Assembly (NCBI GenBank): GCA_000002445.1
Contig: CP000066.1
Location: forward strand, 1,056,001 to 1,120,000
Direction: 5' to 3'
Length of the DNA stretch: 64,000 nucleotides
Origin: Trypanosoma brucei
Lineage: Eukaryota
The notes under the pieces are model-generated. The model was not told the origin of the DNA. It was given only the letters and a program-made list of their open reading frames with translations, and made no database searches. The translations under genes and the position numbers were made by a program. Of the stretch, positions 30,020-40,300 are shown one piece after another (the first letter of the stretch is position 1; each line of letters starts with the position of its first letter).

Positions 30020-32131
30020 GTTTGTTTTAATTCACAAACACGGCAAAGGCAGTTTCAAGGAAAACTCAATCTGAATTTTGTTTGGTTATCATCATTTTCA
30101 TCATGAGATGCGAAGCGTTTTATGCGTGTAAATACCTTCAGTTTGTTTTTTCTTTTACGTTAGTAAAGTCCAGCGAGGAAAAAATAATAATAATTCATAA
30201 GCGGAAAGTATGTACACATATATATATATATATATTTATATACGTGTGTGCGCTTTTGTGTATGTCTACGCGTTGGAGGCGTAGTTTTTTTTTCCTTCTT
30301 TAATGATTTTGTTCTTAGTATTTTGTGTCTGGATGTGTGCTTGTGGTGCATACCGTGACAGTTTCTTTTCCAACCTCCCTTTTCTCTCTGCGTGTCTGCG
30401 TGTGCGTGCTTGTCTTACTGGTGGTGACGAGTTTTGGGTGAGGATAGAGGGACAAAAGGAATGTTTGATGGATTTGTGGGGTTTCAGCTTTCTTCTTTAC
30501 TTGTTTTTTTTTCTTTTCTTCGTTTTTTATTCATTCTATTCCTTTAGTTCATCCATGTCCTCTACTCGTCTCTCCCACAGTTTTCTTCCGCAATGTTTGT
30601 AATCCTTCGCACCTCCCTCTCTTCGAGGCCCACCCCAGTCTCTATCGCATACTTTTTCCCGCTGGTTATCTTAGTTCCCTTTTCTCTCTTTCTTTCTTTC
30701 TTTCTTTTTTTCCCTCCTCCTCCCTCTTCCCTCTCTTTCCTGTCCCTTTCTCTTTTTCTTTTTAGTTTTTTTTATTTTTCGTTTCGTGGTGTCAATGCCG
30801 GTGGTGCAGCTGAGGATTGAGAGGCCCCGGTAGCGCTTGCGGGAGGTGGGATTTCTCTCGTGTGGTGGCGACCCAACATATATATTTATATATACAAAAA
30901 TAAGCTGAGAGGAGGGACACACACGCAAAAAAAAAGATGAAAGATAAAGTGGGGGATTTTACAGATAGCGGAGGAAATGAGTGGGGTGCAATGGTTGGAA
31001 GGGAGAGGGGGGGGGGCGGGGGGAGCGGAGTTGCTTTTCGTAGTACAGTTGTGATTACTTCTGTTGTTATTTCCCTGCCGCTTACTCGCTGGGTATTTTG
31101 ACCATTTTTCTTCTATTGTTTTACCTTTTTTTTTTCATTCTCCTTCCTCGTTTACCGTTTTGTTTCGTTCGTTTCTCCCCCATGTTTTCTGTGTGACTGG
31201 TATCAGTAGTGTTAAATGTTCTTTTTTTTTTCTTTTTGAAATATTGGTTACTGCAGTGACCATCCAAAACGGAGTTATTAGGGAAATCGAGAATAATGGG
31301 GAAGTAGAGGAAAATGACCAGAAAATGGACACAGACACGTACACACGTACACACAGACACATATACATAAATACCTTAAATATAGGTGGTGTGGAAGAAA
31401 ATGAGTGTGAGAAGGAGGAATAGTGAGGTTGTGGGACACGATGGGGATATGGTAGTGAATGGAGAGGTAATGTTTGCGTGGAGGTTGTGAGAGAGGTTAA
31501 AAAGTTTTGGACGTAAGATTGAAGTGGGATAAGTGGCATTTGGTCCATCAGTGGGTGATGGTCACCTTCTTACAACATTGTCACACACAGGTGCTTCTGG
31601 TTATACATGCACACATATATATATGTGTGTGTATGTGGTTGTTTTTGGGTGTTATGCACTTTCGCACTTGTATGTTCTTTGCCTTTATTAAGCATTTTTT
31701 ACTTGTCTATTTTCTTCCGCTACCCTCAGGAGGGAACTATTTAATTAGACTGACGGTTGAGGCGCATCAACCCCTTGCACGCTGGCCGCAGGATTTCGTG
31801 TACCATAGCCCACTTTTTTCCTCCTTTCTTTCCTCTCATCCTGATATGTATTCTCATGCTAGTCCTTCCCGCGACTTCGCTTTCTTTTCCCATCTGGAGC
31901 ACCATGCTCAACCCACCCGTTGCATGTGCATTACCATATTCCCACGCTGTATCAAACTATTGCCCACCTCTCCGTCCCTTTCTTTTTGCTTTCCCCCCAC
32001 TGTTTTACGTGGTGGTGCTTCGGTGCACTCGACCATGCTAGAAAAGAGCTTGGTTGTGGGTTGTACAATTGTTCGTGGTTTCATTACCCCTGCTCATCAT
32101 TTCGCTTCTCAGTTAGTACTGCACGGAGGTA

Positions 32132-33199
32132 ATGACCTCAGTGCCGGGTGTGAACAATGCTGAGCAACGCATACTTGCAAGTTTGGCGTTGGCTGGGCAG
32201 GGTGCGCTGTTACTCGCAACACTGCAGCAGGACCTCGGGCTTCACCACCGCACAATGGCTGCAGCGTTGCGGGGCTTGATGGAAGGCGGGCGGGTGGTTC
32301 TGCGCCATGGGAACCGCGAGGGTGATATGTACGTTGCACTCGTGAACAGCATGCCAGAGGGGCCCTCACTGGTACTTGACGCCATACGTGCCAGTGGGAA
32401 CAGCGGCATTGACCAGGCTGCGCTCTGTAGTTCCCTGCGCTTGCCTAAGGGGGAGATTATTAAATCGTTGCAGATGCTGCTATCACAGAAGCGTATTAAG
32501 GAGCGTCGCTGCTTTTCCAACCGTGCAAAACGCATCTACCTCCTATTCGAGTTTGAGCCAAGTGACGAAGTGACTGGCGGGACATTCTATGGCGGAGAAG
32601 ACTCCCGTGAAATGGACATAGGTTTTGTGGACGAAATGCGGCGGCGCATTATGTTACTTGTGGCTCAGCGGCATTCCGTCTCCTTGGAACAGATTACGCA
32701 GCATTTGCAGGAGGCGCGCGGCGGCAGCTCTTCTGCTGATGTGAATGCCACAGCAGGGGGTACGGTCGTGATGACAACATCTCCCAACGGCACGGTGGCA
32801 ACGTTACTGGGCGACAGTACTGGAAGTTGTAGTGGGGGGGGAAGTGTGGGGGCGGGCTGTGTTAAACGAATTTCTCAGCGCGATGCGCAGTTGCTCGTGC
32901 AGACGTTAGTACTTGATGGTTTACTCGATTGCGTAACGCCCTCACCTGCCGTTCCCGCGCAGTACCAATTGGCCACGGGTCGGAATGTAATGAGGCACTT
33001 TTCGGCCGTGCCCACCGCTGCCGGCGCCGGCTCCGGGACGAAGTGGGTGCCGGCGCCCGTTTCACAGCCGAGTGCGTGGGCGATGCCGGCTGTCGGTCTT
33101 CCTTGCATGGGTTGTGCGCAGCTTCATGTTTGTACGGCAAGTGGCAACGGTGTGGTAAACCCACGCAACTGCGCCTACCTCAAGGAGTGGATGTCGTGA
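32132..33199 (+). CDS. RPC34: DNA-directed RNA polymerase III subunit RPC34 (C34/POLR3F-like)
   Basis: ATG 32132; 'KRIYLLFEFEPSDEVTGGTFYGGEDSREMDIGFVDEMRRRIMLLV' matches POLR3F 'KVYMLYNLQPDRSVTGGAWYSDQDFESEFVEVLNQQCFKFL'; C-terminus 'CMGCAQLHVC...RNCAYLKEWMS' matches 'CGLCPVFDDC...SNCIYMTEWLEF'. Confidence 0.8.
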   Translation: MTSVPGVNNAEQRILASLALAGQGALLLATLQQDLGLHHRTMAAALRGLMEGGRVVLRHGNREGDMYVALVNSMPEGPSLVLDAIRASGNSGIDQAALCSSLRLPKGEIIKSLQMLLSQKRIKERRCFSNRAKRIYLLFEFEPSDEVTGGTFYGGEDSREMDIGFVDEMRRRIMLLVAQRHSVSLEQITQHLQEARGGSSSADVNATAGGTVVMTTSPNGTVATLLGDSTGSCSGGGSVGAGCVKRISQRDAQLLVQTLVLDGLLDCVTPSPAVPAQYQLATGRNVMRHFSAVPTAAGAGSGTKWVPAPVSQPSAWAMPAVGLPCMGCAQLHVCTASGNGVVNPRNCAYLKEWMS

Positions 33200-33618
33200 C
33201 GGATCTTCCCTTCTTCTTTCTTCGCCGGATCACGCAGTAGATCTGTGCATGAGTGACTATATCCGTACAGCGAGAAAACTGCACACACCGGGGTGGTTGA
33301 GATGCAGCCCCACCATCACTTGGCATACCGCTGTTGAGGGCTCCGAGGGTGCAGGCGCTTCTGCCGTTTGCGGTCAGTGAACTTTTTCTGCATATACCAC
33401 GAGACGCACTGTATTTCCATTAAGCTTTGTTAACCGCTTTCCGTCCACGAGATTCGCCTCTCGCGAGATGTCGGCCTGCTCTTGGCACTGTCATGGTTCC
33501 TTGTGTTGTTATCTTCTTCTTCAGGCCACTGGTTACATTTTTGCCCATTTGTTTGCGTCTTTTTCTCATACTCTTCCGTTGCTACACATTTGCTTTATAC
33601 CGCCATGAAGGGAGGAGG

Positions 33619-34761
33619 ATGGTTATTTGGTTTTCCGCTGGTGATGGTGTGGGCTTTCCCACCCCAACACCATGGGAAATTCAACCCCCACGGGGCTTAA
33701 CCTCCGCTGATGGTTGCCGAGGTGGCCTGAGGGATGGTGGGGAGCCGGCTGTAATCTCCCGTCAACAGCGACAACAAAAGCCTTCTCGGCATCAACAACA
33801 GCATCATTGTGTGAGACAGCCGAAACCGAAGGTTGTGATCCAGCAGAGTGATCTGCGTGATGAGCAATTCCAGCGGCTGAGCGTGCTGGGGGAGGGTTCG
33901 TACTCTGTTGTGGTTGCCGCCCGGCACCTCCCTTCACGTCAAGTCGTTGCGCTGAAAGAACTGTCGCGACAGCGGCTCCGTGATGCTAAGTTAGAGACTC
34001 AGCTGCAGTGGGAGATCAATCTCCACCGAACTTTGCGGCACCCCAATATTGTGCGTTTGCTCAGCTATTACATAACTCCGCGAAGTGTCGTGCTTGTGCT
34101 GGAACTATGTAGGGGTGGGTCGCTGCTGCGGAGGCTTCAGGCGACGGCGGAGAGACGATTTGACGAGGGCCGGGCGACACGTTATATTCGACATGTTGCT
34201 CAGGCACTGGCATATCTTCACGAACACGGCATTGTTCACCGTGACCTAAAGCCGGGAAATATTCTCGTCGACGCCAGAGGTGTAGCACGGCTTGCTGACT
34301 TCGGCTGGAGTAAGGGTCTTGCCGGCTCTGCAGCCGCTGCTGTGATAACAAACGGGTATGATGCGTCTGAAGTGGCGCCACGCTGCGCGGCGGGTGAAAC
34401 CGACGCATGTAGTGAGACGGAGGACGGCCACGGGAGGCTGACAGTGTGTGGGACGCTTGATTATATGCCACCAGAACTTTTGGGCGGCACGCCATGCTCC
34501 TACAAGGCTGATATGTGGTCGCTGGGTGCACTCTTGGTGGAAATACTGTCCGGACAACCGCCCTTTTACCGCACGTCTCAGCAGGAGACGTTACAGGCTA
34601 TTCAAGACGAGGGCCCGCAGCTAGATGTTGATGGTAGTGTCCTTTCACCACTTGCCCGTGATCTCGCCTTGCAGTTGCTGCAGAAAGACCCCAACGTGCG
34701 CCCGACCGCTGCCGAGGTGCTGCAGCATCCGTGGTTACGGGGAAAACGTCCTCGCGTGTGA
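33619..34761 (+). CDS. Aurora-family Ser/Thr protein kinase with enlarged activation segment
   Basis: Start re-called at ATG 33619; the ORF-track start 33427 is TTG and translates a polypyrimidine tract. Motifs: glycine loop 'LGEGSYSVV', 'VALKEL', 'HRDLKPGNILVD', Aurora-typical 'DFGWS', 'CGTLDYMPPE', 'DMWSLGALLVEIL'. Confidence 0.75.
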   Translation: MVIWFSAGDGVGFPTPTPWEIQPPRGLTSADGCRGGLRDGGEPAVISRQQRQQKPSRHQQQHHCVRQPKPKVVIQQSDLRDEQFQRLSVLGEGSYSVVVAARHLPSRQVVALKELSRQRLRDAKLETQLQWEINLHRTLRHPNIVRLLSYYITPRSVVLVLELCRGGSLLRRLQATAERRFDEGRATRYIRHVAQALAYLHEHGIVHRDLKPGNILVDARGVARLADFGWSKGLAGSAAAAVITNGYDASEVAPRCAAGETDACSETEDGHGRLTVCGTLDYMPPELLGGTPCSYKADMWSLGALLVEILSGQPPFYRTSQQETLQAIQDEGPQLDVDGSVLSPLARDLALQLLQKDPNVRPTAAEVLQHPWLRGKRPRV

Positions 34762-35896
34762 GGTGAAGTATATATGTTTATTAATTCATACACACGCACA
34801 TATATATATAAATATATATATGTGCGTGTGTATGTGTGTGTACCTTTACTCCCATCATGTAATCACAGACAGGCAGATGCGGTCATTCAGTTATGGGAAC
34901 GTAGGTATTTGTATGGGTGCACACCTGGAGAGGACATTGGGAGGGGGAGGGGGAGGGGTCACGCGTGGGCTCTGGTTTAAGTACGTATTTGTCCAGTCGT
35001 CGTGGTCTTTGCTGTAATTTGAAATGGCAGCGCGTTTGCCATCATTACACGTACTGCCGTTGCTGCCTTCCTCAATTTGTCATATGTGCCACCAGGGGTT
35101 TTCAAAATCTATCGGGGCCTTTCCATTTCTTAGTGTATTTTTACTGATTTCGCCTTTTTTTTTTCATTGGCCCGCTTTTTGTTTTTGTTTTTTTGTTGTG
35201 GGTTTTGGTGGCTCTGCGTGTTGCTTACGCACACAAATTTGTAATGTAAAGAGGTTGTGCATAACAGTGGATACACGCCATATTTCCCTCCATGCTTCTC
35301 TTCTGTGTCCATATGTTTGTTTGTTTGTTTGTTTTTAGTTGTTATCACCTTTACATGGCCATTCAACGGGCGTAACCAGGGCCGGTGTGTAGTGGGTCGC
35401 CCCCTTTCTCACTCTCTGTCATTATTATTGTGTATATTTTGCACATTTTGTACTTTATCATGGTTCGTTTTAATATCTCTTTCATTCCCTTGTTTCATTA
35501 CCTAGTGTGTGCATCTCTCTCTGTGTATGTCTGTGTGTGTCTGTCTTTGTGTAATTTGTGCCTCCTCTTTTATCTAAAATAATATATATATATCTTTTCA
35601 CCTTTTTTTTTGGTTGACAGCGTCGGGTTGTTGTCAACAGCTTTCGCTGCGCAGGGTTTTCGCTGCCTTAACCCTGACGCTGCCGCCTCCTATTCTTTCT
35701 GCTTTAGCGGGCCTCTGCTGTGTTTGACATCAGTGTTTTGGGCCTCTTTTTCCTTTTGTGTTTTTTTAAGGAGTGTTTGTGTGTGTGTGTGGGGGGGGGG
35801 GCACTTTTTTCCTCAGAGTGAATCGCATTTTTTGTCTGTCCTAAACATATGTGCTGCGGGCTCGACATGTTCATGTCTTTACCATCGCTTTCAATA

Positions 35897-35924
35897 TTCC
35901 TTTTTTTTTCCCCCTCTCCTGTAG
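35897..35924 (+). promoter_or_regulatory. PolyY-AG trans-splice acceptor upstream of RRM gene copy 1
   Basis: cctttttttttccccctctcctgtag; the ORF-track start 35851 is GTG. Confidence 0.45.
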
Positions 35925-36096
35925 CAACGCTTCAGTGAGTCGTTCGCACGTTATCTTTACGTTACAGAGCAAATTAACAATCAAGCGTGCCTTCACTAAA
36001 AGGAGAAAAAAAAGAACAATAAAGGAAGTAACTTACAGCGACATTATTACCCCTATTATTATAATCTCTGCACGAATTACGCGGTACCAAAAGCAC

Positions 36097-37377
36097 ATGT
36101 CCCAGGAAGGGGTTCATCCTTATTCATCTCAAAGTAACGCCGCTCCCCTTCCCATATGTCCTACCAGCCCATACGAGTGGGATATTTCTTCAGGAACTCA
36201 TGATTCCGCTGGAGAAATGATGTCTTTGAGCATCTCTCGAGAATCTCCACCGTGCCCACGACGGCATGGAAGGCGATCGGATCGGACGCAACCGCGGGGA
36301 CCCTTTGTGAAGCTACCGGAAAGCAAATTAACACCAAACGAATGCCAAAGCAAAACGAACCTAATTGTACGTAATCTTTCCAATCGCGTGGATGAAGCGG
36401 TGCTTAAGCAAATCTTTTCGCCATATGGAGAAATTCTTTCTGCGGCTGTAATGCGAAATATTCATACGGGTGACAGTCTCGGAACGGCTTTTGTGCGTTT
36501 CGCCACAACAGAACAGGCGCGTGCGGCTCTGGTGGGTTGTCATGGGCGAGTGGTTTGTGGCCGTGTGCTGTCGGTTCAATGGGCGAAGAGGCAACACGAT
36601 GGCACTCCCGTAGGCGAGGCCCGAAAGAAAATTGTGAAGTTATTCATACGTAACATTCCTTTGGATGTGGGACCTGAAGATGTGCAACGTCTCTTTGAAC
36701 GTTTCGGTACTGTGGAGAGCGTATCACTGCACAAAGACACTGCTGCTGCAACTCCCACTACTGACAACAACCGACCCCAACGCCGCATTGCATTTGTGAC
36801 ATTTACGGAATCTGGTGTTGCTGATCGTGCAGCTGAGGCTGTACACAACACTCGTCCCTTCCCATCTCATGGTTCCGTCCCATTAATGGTAAAACTTGCA
36901 GAAGATCATTCGGAGCGCCGGCTCGCTGCTGCCGCTGCTGTGGCTGGTGGAGGTTCGGGGCATAACTCCCGTCGAAGACCGGAAAATCATCAGTCAAATT
37001 CCACCTCATCCCTAACTGCAAGTTGCGTTGGAGACATGACTCCAACAATTTCCGATGCGGGTCGCTTTAGCGCAGCGTCGGTTCATGTTGCTGTTCCCGA
37101 CTCACCTGAGGCTTCCCTAATAAATAACTTGCCATTGCCACGAGGCGGTGTAAAGCAACAAAGTCAACCGAGAGAAGCGGAGCGGTCTCAGCTCCCACTT
37201 GCTGCTGTGCTCGATATTTCTTTACTTTCGTGTTGCTCAGCACTTGCAGCGGAGGGGCTTCCACACATGTCGCCGGAAACGTCGAGTGTCAGCGGAAGTG
37301 ACCGCCAATGGGCGCGGTGTTATGTGCATGATCCATACAATCCGAGCCGTTCCCGCCAATACTTGGATGAAAAGTAG
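36097..37377 (+). CDS. RNA-binding protein with two RRM domains (family copy 1)
   Basis: First ATG in frame at 36097 (MSQEGV...). RRM1 'NLIVRNLSNRVDEAVLKQIFSPYGEILSAAVMRNIHTGDSLGTAFVRFATTEQARAAL'; RRM2 'KLFIRNIPLDVGPEDVQRLFERFGTVESVSLHKD...RRIAFVTFTESGVADRAAEAV'. Confidence 0.7.
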   Translation: MSQEGVHPYSSQSNAAPLPICPTSPYEWDISSGTHDSAGEMMSLSISRESPPCPRRHGRRSDRTQPRGPFVKLPESKLTPNECQSKTNLIVRNLSNRVDEAVLKQIFSPYGEILSAAVMRNIHTGDSLGTAFVRFATTEQARAALVGCHGRVVCGRVLSVQWAKRQHDGTPVGEARKKIVKLFIRNIPLDVGPEDVQRLFERFGTVESVSLHKDTAAATPTTDNNRPQRRIAFVTFTESGVADRAAEAVHNTRPFPSHGSVPLMVKLAEDHSERRLAAAAAVAGGGSGHNSRRRPENHQSNSTSSLTASCVGDMTPTISDAGRFSAASVHVAVPDSPEASLINNLPLPRGGVKQQSQPREAERSQLPLAAVLDISLLSCCSALAAEGLPHMSPETSSVSGSDRQWARCYVHDPYNPSRSRQYLDEK

Positions 37378-40300
37378 TGTTTTGTACAGATGGTTAACGC
37401 GTATTATGTGTATTTGTTTTGTTTCCTTCTTTTTATTTTGCTCATGTCAGTTTATTTATTCTTTTTTTCCCCCCTCCCCCTTCCATTCTCCCTTTTTTTT
37501 TCTGTTGTTGGTATTCTTTTAATTGGTCCAACTTTTTTTCTCGTCCGCCATGTGTGTGTGTGTGTGTGTATGTGTGTTTTGTTTTTGTTTTTGTCTCCAC
37601 TGTATTTTGTATTTTCCTTCCTTCCTTCACCACACTTCTTTTTTTTTTTGTTGTCGACCACTATCTGTATTTATTTTATATCCTCATGTGTTTGTGCTTT
37701 TGCTTTGTTGTATATCCTAATATATATATATATATATAATATACGTTAACTTTATTATTATTATTATTTTACGTTATTTATTTATTATCCTCCGATTGAG
37801 CTCGTGTCTTCCCGTTTCTCTGTATTTACACATTCTTCTTTTTTTTTTCCCCCTTTCCCTCTCCTTTGCGGTTACACTTGTGTTTATTTGCTTCATTTAT
37901 TTATTCGGTTTATTTTCTCCTGGTTCGCACGTGTACTGTTTTTCTTTTTTTTTTCTTTTTTCTTCCTGTTGTGTCCCATCAGGGGGAAAATAAATTCAAT
38001 CTTATATTTTGTATTTGACTACTCTTCCCTTCTTTTTGAGTTTTTGTTTTTCTCAAATTTCTTATTTTAAAAAAAAAAGAAATAAAAAAAACAAATCTCT
38101 TTTTTTTTTTTTTGATACGTTTTTATCTCCGTGTTTATTCTTCATTTCCCAATTATTTGCTTTCCTCGGTTGTCACGGCGGTCCGCCGTCCCCTTTTTAT
38201 TTATTTGTTTTTTTCTTTTTCTTATAGACACGACTTATATTTGTGAATATATATATATATTTTTACACCTTCCTCTTGTTCTTTAGTCATTTATTTACTA
38301 TTAACTAATTAATTTCACTTTCTTTTGTTTAATTATTTTTTTAAATTTTATTTGTAGTTATTATTCCAATAAATATATAATATAAATAAATGCTTGAAGG
38401 AACTGAAGTGTGTCCAAGTGGAGACTTGTTTTTGTTTTTTTAATAAAAAGAGAAGAAGATATAGAAAGTAAAGGGATGAAACAAGAGGAAAAAAAAGGGG
38501 GAAAAGTAATGAAAGTTCCTTTTATTTTCATAATAATATATTTATATATATATATATATATTTATTTATTTATATATTTATGTATTGTTTGTTTTGTTTA
38601 TTTAATGGCAAACTTCACGTGTGCGTATGCGTGTAACGGGAGGGAAAACCAAAAAAGAGTGAAAAGGAAATATTTCTCCGTTTGTTTGTTTGTTTGTTTT
38701 TTGAGTTTCTGGTTTTAAAAGAAAAAAAGTAATACAAAACAAAATAAAGCAAAATAGCGAAATGACGAAATAAATGACATTTGTACGAAAGTCATGATAT
38801 TAATAAATATATATAATTAATCACTTCTAATGCCTGGTTTCCACCGTTATTATTATTATTATTATTATTATTGTTTCGATTGTTATGTTTCTTCCTTCCT
38901 TCTATTTTGTTTGTTTGTTCGTTTGTGTTCCGACTCAAATGAAGCGGGAGGGAAAACAACACAACACAAGACAAAACATAACGAAAAAAAAATGAAATGA
39001 AATAAAGTAAAGTAAAAGTATCGGAATCAAATGAGTTAAAACGCTGGGAGAATTAAAATGATTGAGCGAAAAGAGTAAAGGAAGAATATATATATATATA
39101 TATAGAAGGAGGAATAATGCATAAAGGAATTATGAGGTGGGGAATAAATAAATAAATAAATAAATAAATAAATGAGTGAATAAATGAATTATTGAGGGAA
39201 ATGTGGACACTACTCAGTTCATTTCCGTAACGATTCCGCGCACCTTTTTAATTTTATTATATTATTATTTATGTTGTTATTATTACTATTTTTATTATCG
39301 TTGCTTTCGTGATGCGGTCCTCTCTTCATTTCCCCTTCTTTTTTTCTCAAATAATAGTTATTTGTTGTTGTTGTTGTTTTTGCCTGTCCCCGTGTTCTTT
39401 CTTCTTGTTTCTTTTAAAAAATTTTATTCACCATTATATTAAAATTAAAATTATTATTATTATTATTGTAATATCATTATTTATTCGGTGTCTTGTTATG
39501 TCCCTCTCCCCGAAAAATAAATAATAAAAAGAAAAATAAATTAATATTTCAAATTCACGGCACTCGGAAGCGGAGGAGAAAAAGGAAATAAACAAACGAT
39601 AACAATAATAGAAAGAATAGAAATAATCAAAAATAAATTATTCATATTTATTTATTTATTCATTCATGTTAAATAATGACGAGAAGAAGTTGAAAATAAA
39701 AAAAAAATAAAACAAAAAAAAGAAAAAAGTAGAAGTAAATGAAAGGAAAACAAAAGACCGAAGTGATTTGTTTTATCTTATTTAGGGTGCTTTAAAACAT
39801 TTGGCCGACAAATACAATACGTGAAGTTATTTTCTCTTCTTTTTATTATATTTATTTTGCCTGAACCTTATTTGTTATTTAATCGCCCTTCTTTTTTCTT
39901 TTTTGTTTTTTGTTGTTGATAGCTCCTCTGAAATGAAAGAAAAAAAAACAAGATAAAAAAAAAGAAACATATATATATATATATATATATGAGCGGAAAT
40001 GTATGTTTTTTTTTTTTTTTTGGGGGGGGGTGTGTGAGGGAAAGTTTTCCCTTTCTTTCCTTTTTATTTTCTTTTCACAGTTGTTCCTCCTCACTCAAAA
40101 ACAAAACAACAACAACAAAAAAAAAAAACAGCTACTATTACTACTGCTAATTGTGTCACCATTTATTTCCTGCTATTATAATTGTTAAATGCTTCCGTTA
40201 TTATTATTGTTTTTATTATTATTGATATTAATATTATTGATTTTGTTATGGTTGAACTCCCTTAAGTACATGTGCTTCTCTTCATTTTCCCCCTCTTTTC

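Noticed and set aside
31507-32163. 218-aa + strand ORF upstream of RPC34
   Set aside because: It is H/F/L/S-rich and translates polyY/low-complexity sequence, with no domain. It overlaps the start of the well-supported RPC34 CDS in another frame.
33427-33618. N-terminal 64 codons of the kinase ORF as given in the track
   Set aside because: The track starts at TTG, and the segment translates a polypyrimidine tract (VVIFFFRPLVTFLPICLRLFLILF). It is probably 5' UTR or a splice-acceptor region.
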